A stretch of DNA of 64,000 bases from positions 8,360-72,359 of the IMG/VR virus record IMGVR_UViG_3300017957_000012; one strand, written 5' to 3'. Of this stretch, positions 60,401 to 64,000 are shown piece by piece; position 1 is the first letter of the stretch; each line of letters starts with the position of its first letter. The notes beneath the pieces are model-generated. The model was not told the DNA's origin, searched no databases, and was given only the letters and a program-made list of their open reading frames with translations. The stretch comes from a virus. The translations under genes and the position numbers were made by a program.

Positions 60401-60944
60401 TTTTGTCAACAGCAGCCTGGGCACCCGAAGATGAACCAGTAATTGTTCTTCCTAAGAGATCTTGGTAGCTATATTCGCTACCCGTGGTGCTAAAGAACTT
60501 ATTCTTATTTGGCACCATTTGTAAATAAATGCCGTTTTTCCACTTAGAGTTCGACACCTTAAACATGTATCGAGCTGGATAAGTAATCTCAGCTTCATAT
60601 TCGTCAAAGAAGAGAGCAAAGAATAATTGTATACCCGCGGGTGTGCCTTTTCTTCGATAGAGATCGAGAATATTTTTAACAATGAATCTAACGCTGTCTG
60701 AATCATTAAGTGGAAGATCTGCAAGAAACTTTTTCTGAAAGAAAATAATCATGCTCTCAAGAGTCGTATCGATATCACGATAATCGAATATTCTTCTTGA
60801 GTTATAGTGTGTTTGCTTTGTATCTGTTTCTAGAAAATTGTAGTATTCTTCAATAAGCGAAACGAGCTCTTCGCCATTTTCCCTGTATATCGCAGGGAAT
60901 TGCGACTGAATAAAAAAAGCAATATTCTTTTCGATTTCCGCCAT
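57498..60944 (-). CDS. gp7: baseplate wedge gp7-like protein fused to a C-terminal alpha/beta-hydrolase
   Basis: IQSQFPAIYRE...YYNFLE, YRRKGT..GIQLFF and KIQDSDFYQEYSYQIKS...VHLAGTKMFG motifs; follows gp6. C-terminal domain has LLHGNGG, GVSNGG, GSLDVTVPY and GH. Confidence 0.8.
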   Translation of the reverse strand: MAEIEKNIAFFIQSQFPAIYRENGEELVSLIEEYYNFLETDTKQTHYNSRRIFDYRDIDTTLESMIIFFQKKFLADLPLNDSDSVRFIVKNILDLYRRKGTPAGIQLFFALFFDEYEAEITYPARYMFKVSNSKWKNGIYLQMVPNKNKFFSTTGSEYSYQDLLGRTITGSSSGAQAAVDKINFVILNNILTPIIYLDEVLGTFQKFDDIITNIDGEVVSFGRIAGSLDSVAIDDGDQAATTGHKVGDIYKVKTSTGRGGEVVVTKVSDDISGEINYTIEDGGYGYTIDNTRLVVSNQSVLFKQVEFEENREDLTFEPYERIRDFAGNKARVVGQSDNVLGVQVYSGIHGEFSINRLPLITVDRSPNVIIDPSWVGLVSPKNDTSPGDMYVDTGSTDDVKILALGNPTNVDVITDLIAPHLATVLNIPDYEVNAPFSGTASPVNLSTPLNQAFDIQTLTIGSIEEFENINPGSEYTFDVFALAKDDIFSTFKRKSQLISFLEPSSAGLFDVGSIIEEAGTGIRGEVKAINVQKGFISVVAFDYYGFTGSPIIRANGNVTVSGVSIDYDSPILGENAVIDAETEFAIGKISEVNVVDSGFGYVTGQSCTIEDVDEQIHAVGIVSAETQGKTGGFWSDFSSHLNGFEELPQTLSTPILPTDDLADYVQEVYDGLITAPPEIGLWAGSAAADSVLLFDFNESANSTFTSISNTDIQTIRDIAEGNSDTPQYAIDRWNDVISPSIKQQVWFRNYPNLYEYQNSYEYYDSGMKIQDSDFYQEYSYQIKSTLGRREYERLLKENVHLAGTKMFGDFQYTALTGSPPKVKFLRLMNSITAGSPLDEAPVTGLTADIVNYYVDATIPTADHEPPGTGLPAIGTTSGPQLTLRRNWSQGFHDYTVEVGMPSVGVEPYPVAILLHGNGGSANSMVQSFASTLPGHILIGIDGYEQSWNVTNEVSKGPDIQMLRDMVDQLKVYRNVDATKIRIVGVSNGGALALRASVEISDLAVDTIACLISQAHVDQYRGGNFYYPSNHNLTGSAYANAGYDTLQGVIPQRKILQMNGSLDVTVPYAGGAGVASTTFLSAADSAYALGQKQGWAQAQLANGTTYGTESVIIEYDDVVFLTDTVGHTVSADMENLLNKFLEDNYNTNY

Positions 60945-60958
60945 TGGAAATAATCCTG

Positions 60959-62824
60959 TTAGTACGCTGTTCTGCTATTTGTATTTCCGTCTATGCTTCC
61001 ATAGGCGTTTGAATCTTCTCTTGAAGCGCTAAATCTTACATCACTGTCTCGAATAATAAACACCCTTCCTTTCGGTGCCTTTATGTCGTCAAGCTTAGTT
61101 CTTGCCATAATCTTAATTGCTGCACCGGGATAACCTTCGACAAATAAATTTGACAAGCGTACATCACCTGTTTTATAATCGACTGTACCAGCTCTTGGCT
61201 CAACAATTTCAGGATTTGTAATGTTATCTGTAATGAGCTGAAGATTTCCTTTACCATCGTCTTGAATATAAACACAGACACCACCTCTCGTATCAAATAC
61301 ACTACTTACGACGGCGGGTTTATAATCACTAAATCCTGTTGTTAAATTAAATGGATACGGTTTTGTGAGTGCTGCTTCGAATTGGAATCTTGGATTAGCT
61401 GCTATTCCAGTGATAGGCGAGTACTCAATAATCGGCATAATATCAATTTGAGTACTTTCGATTGCGGTATCAAGTCCGTCAATCTCAGAAGCAAGCTTAG
61501 ACGATCGTAAGACTGCATCAAACTTTTCAAGATTTGTATCCGAATGTGTTTGAATTGCTTGCCTGACTTTTGACTCAAACTCTGATGCAGATGCTGTTGT
61601 CATCTTACCCGTATAACTAATCTGAGCATGAACATCAGCATACAAGAATTGTGTCTGCACAAAAATTGGTTCAATACTCAAAGGACTTCTTTCGTTAAGA
61701 TATTCAATAAATGTATTTGCTAATGTCGTTGAAATAAGCTGTGCATCATCTCTGAGATAAACACTAATTGCTACCTTACCAAATTGTGGTGGATCGAGCT
61801 CTTCACCACCATAAGCAGATACCGCAGTAATTTCTGGGAATCTCTGCTTAAGCAAAATTTCATAATCCTTTGTAGTAACGGCTCGATCTTGAATTTGAAT
61901 TGACTTTGGTGCAAAGAATCGTATACTATCGAGTGATTCTCTTTCTAATCCACCGACAGCGGCCGAGACTGTTTCGACTCGAATATCACCTTCGGTAAAT
62001 CCTGTAGTAAATACGTTAGCACCGTTTCCGTCTGCACCTGATGTAATACGATATTGAACTCTTACGTCTTCGAAAGGCTCGGGCTGAAGTCCAAACTCGT
62101 TGTTACCAAAATAGATTGCGTATGAGTTATCAAAATATGCTTCTACATAAAACACTTTATCTAAAGGCTGTACACCAAAAATCGAGTTTGCTCTCGTGAA
62201 AATATTCTTATCTTCTGTTTCTTCTGCGTCAACAAATACGACGAGAGATTCAATATCTGTATTGTCGTTAGTTAGCTGAACTCGAAGCTTTCCATCTGCG
62301 TCAATAATAAAGCCTTCCCTTTGGAAGCTCGTAAGTGTTTGGCCTTCGTATAACTCTACACCTTCTGCAACATAAAATGTATCTCCAGTTGCAGCGTCAA
62401 TTGATTTTCTTGCTACATACGTTTCGTCTGTAACAAAGTTAAAATTTTCACCAAGGTAGTTAGAAGAAAAGTCAGTAAACCTTGGAATAGTAATTGTTTG
62501 GTCGTCTCGTGTTTCGTCATAGATTCTTACATTGACGACTGCCTTTGCAGATTTACGAGATCTTGGAACGTAGTTAAGTTCCTTTGCATGAGATACAACA
62601 GAGTTTTTCAATACAGCCGAATCGAGAAACATCTCGTTAAGTGCCATGTTAGTATAAAAGTTATTTTGAAACGTATTATATGCCAAAACATCGAGCAACA
62701 CACTCATGTTCGAACCTTCAAAGTCGTAATCTTTGAATTGTGTTTGAGTTTGCAGATATGATTTAAGCTGTCGTTTTACAGCGTCAAAATCAAGCTCTGT
62801 GATTGGCGTCGATGGAGTGGCCAT
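60959..62824 (-). CDS. gp6: baseplate wedge subunit gp6
   Basis: ITELDFDAVKRQLK...FKDYDFEGSNMSVLLDVLAYNT...NEMFLDSA...SHAKELNYVPRS; QDRAVTTKDY; GGEELDPPQFGKV. Confidence 0.95.
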   Translation of the reverse strand: MATPSTPITELDFDAVKRQLKSYLQTQTQFKDYDFEGSNMSVLLDVLAYNTFQNNFYTNMALNEMFLDSAVLKNSVVSHAKELNYVPRSRKSAKAVVNVRIYDETRDDQTITIPRFTDFSSNYLGENFNFVTDETYVARKSIDAATGDTFYVAEGVELYEGQTLTSFQREGFIIDADGKLRVQLTNDNTDIESLVVFVDAEETEDKNIFTRANSIFGVQPLDKVFYVEAYFDNSYAIYFGNNEFGLQPEPFEDVRVQYRITSGADGNGANVFTTGFTEGDIRVETVSAAVGGLERESLDSIRFFAPKSIQIQDRAVTTKDYEILLKQRFPEITAVSAYGGEELDPPQFGKVAISVYLRDDAQLISTTLANTFIEYLNERSPLSIEPIFVQTQFLYADVHAQISYTGKMTTASASEFESKVRQAIQTHSDTNLEKFDAVLRSSKLASEIDGLDTAIESTQIDIMPIIEYSPITGIAANPRFQFEAALTKPYPFNLTTGFSDYKPAVVSSVFDTRGGVCVYIQDDGKGNLQLITDNITNPEIVEPRAGTVDYKTGDVRLSNLFVEGYPGAAIKIMARTKLDDIKAPKGRVFIIRDSDVRFSASREDSNAYGSIDGNTNSRTAY

Positions 62825-62825
62825 T

Positions 62826-63242
62826 TTATCTTATCCTTTCTAAAATAACGTTAAGTATGATTGGCTGTTGTTGACTTTGTACATAGAATCTTACAGTTAC
62901 ACCGACTTGATTGTCATCAATATTCGATGAAACAGTTACATCAATAAGCTCAGCTCGTGGCTCATAAATTTCAACTGTCGTTCTAACTCTGTCTTCGATA
63001 ATCTTAATAACGGCGGGCGTAATATTTTCAAACAAGAGTGCACGAATACCACCACCAATAAATGGCTGCATTAAACGCTCGCCTGGATCTGTAAGGATCA
63101 GGTTTTTAATTGATTCTTTTACCGAATCTTCGTCTTTCAAAACGGCAATGTCGTTTGAGACAGGACTTTTAGCGAGATCTTTTCTGAAGTCAGAATATAG
63201 GACTGGCTTCTTCGTTCTCGGTGTATATACTTGAACTGTCAT
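62826..63242 (-). CDS. gp25: baseplate wedge subunit gp25
   Basis: SVKESIKNLILTDPGERLMQPFIGGGIRALLFE...YEPRA; directly upstream of gp6. Confidence 0.93.
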   Translation of the reverse strand: MTVQVYTPRTKKPVLYSDFRKDLAKSPVSNDIAVLKDEDSVKESIKNLILTDPGERLMQPFIGGGIRALLFENITPAVIKIIEDRVRTTVEIYEPRAELIDVTVSSNIDDNQVGVTVRFYVQSQQQPIILNVILERIR

Positions 63243-64000
63243 CCTTGCGGCCTCGGCTTAAGATCTAAATGTACAAAACTACTATTTACCTTACAGTAAC
63301 GGAATCCTTTTTCGAGAGCAATCCTACACATTTCGTCTGCGTCTCCAATGATTTCTACATCGACTGCTAAACCAGTCAAATGCGGAGACTCAGGTGATGC
63401 TCCAATTTCTTCGTTATATGCTTCGTCTCTCCAGCCGGCAATCACGTTGAGCTTGCCTTGCCCTAGAGCTTCTTGAAGCCTCACTAAGTAGACCTTTACA
63501 TCGAGATCTATATTAACCCAACCTTCAAGTCCTAATACTTCTGGATCTGTCCAGTCGCCTGAGATCTGTATTTTTGGATCCGTTCCTTCCTTTACTGCTT
63601 TACAGCTAGGAAGACCAAAATATTCTTTTACAGTCGGTGGAGGCGGGTTAACTGTTTCTTCATTCTCATCCCACTGCTGTTCCATACTATTTATTACTTC
63701 TTTCTTACGTTCGTCTGATAAACGAATACCACCATTTCTGACGGCCGTAGAAGTGTTAAGATTGGAAATAGTCTTTAATCTATCAGTAATCCTTCGATAC
63801 CGATTTGTATAATCCGCAAGTGGTTGATTTACATCTCGAATCAGAGCTTCGATTTGTGTAGCATAAGCACAAAATCTCATAATCATGAACTCAATTTCTT
63901 CAAGCTGTGGATTCTGAAAAAGTCCTGCAACATAATCAATTAAGCTTTCTGTTTGCTCCTGAACGCTTTTCTTTTTGTCATCGTTAAGAAGCAAGCAGGC
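63239..64000 (-). CDS. protein with C-terminal peptidase M15 (Zn D-Ala-D-Ala type) domain; 5' end outside the window
   Basis: AGWRDEAYNEEIGASPESPHLTGLAVD...FVHLD gives the H-x6-D...H Zn ligands; the frame is open to base 64000. Confidence 0.75.
   Translation of the reverse strand, partial: ACLLLNDDKKKSVQEQTESLIDYVAGLFQNPQLEEIEFMIMRFCAYATQIEALIRDVNQPLADYTNRYRRITDRLKTISNLNTSTAVRNGGIRLSDERKKEVINSMEQQWDENEETVNPPPPTVKEYFGLPSCKAVKEGTDPKIQISGDWTDPEVLGLEGWVNIDLDVKVYLVRLQEALGQGKLNVIAGWRDEAYNEEIGASPESPHLTGLAVDVEIIGDADEMCRIALEKGFRYCKVNSSFVHLDLKPRPQG

Overview
The window is one co-oriented block of a large T4-like myovirus genome, resembling marine cyanophage/pelagiphage-type phages, with every credible gene on the minus strand. 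Reading downstream from 64000: a 5'-truncated M15-type Zn-peptidase gene, baseplate gp25, gp6, gp7 with an appended alpha/beta-hydrolase, a gp9/gp10-N-type protein, a subtilisin-like S8 protease with a cupredoxin-like insert, gp8 and a VrlC/DUF4815-type protein. About 45 kb of fibre/appendage genes follow: four S74-chaperone fibres (one collagen-like), a 3500-aa repeat protein, adhesin tips and assembly factors. A GH130-like propeller gene and a truncated TPR/FkbM-like gene close the window. T4-type late promoters (NATAAATA) lie in many intergenic gaps, and there is one UUCG terminator. The most striking feature is the 3500-aa protein, which carries 11 helical repeats with an invariant K-C-x-R-D motif resembling the bilin-attachment site of phycobiliproteins, interleaved with nested Cys/His-rich beta domains; this suggests a possibly chromophorylated virion appendage. 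A second pattern is a putative docking code in which a C-terminal DGGTF tag precedes a gene with an Mtd-N-like N-terminus. All family assignments come from motif recognition by eye; no searches were run.
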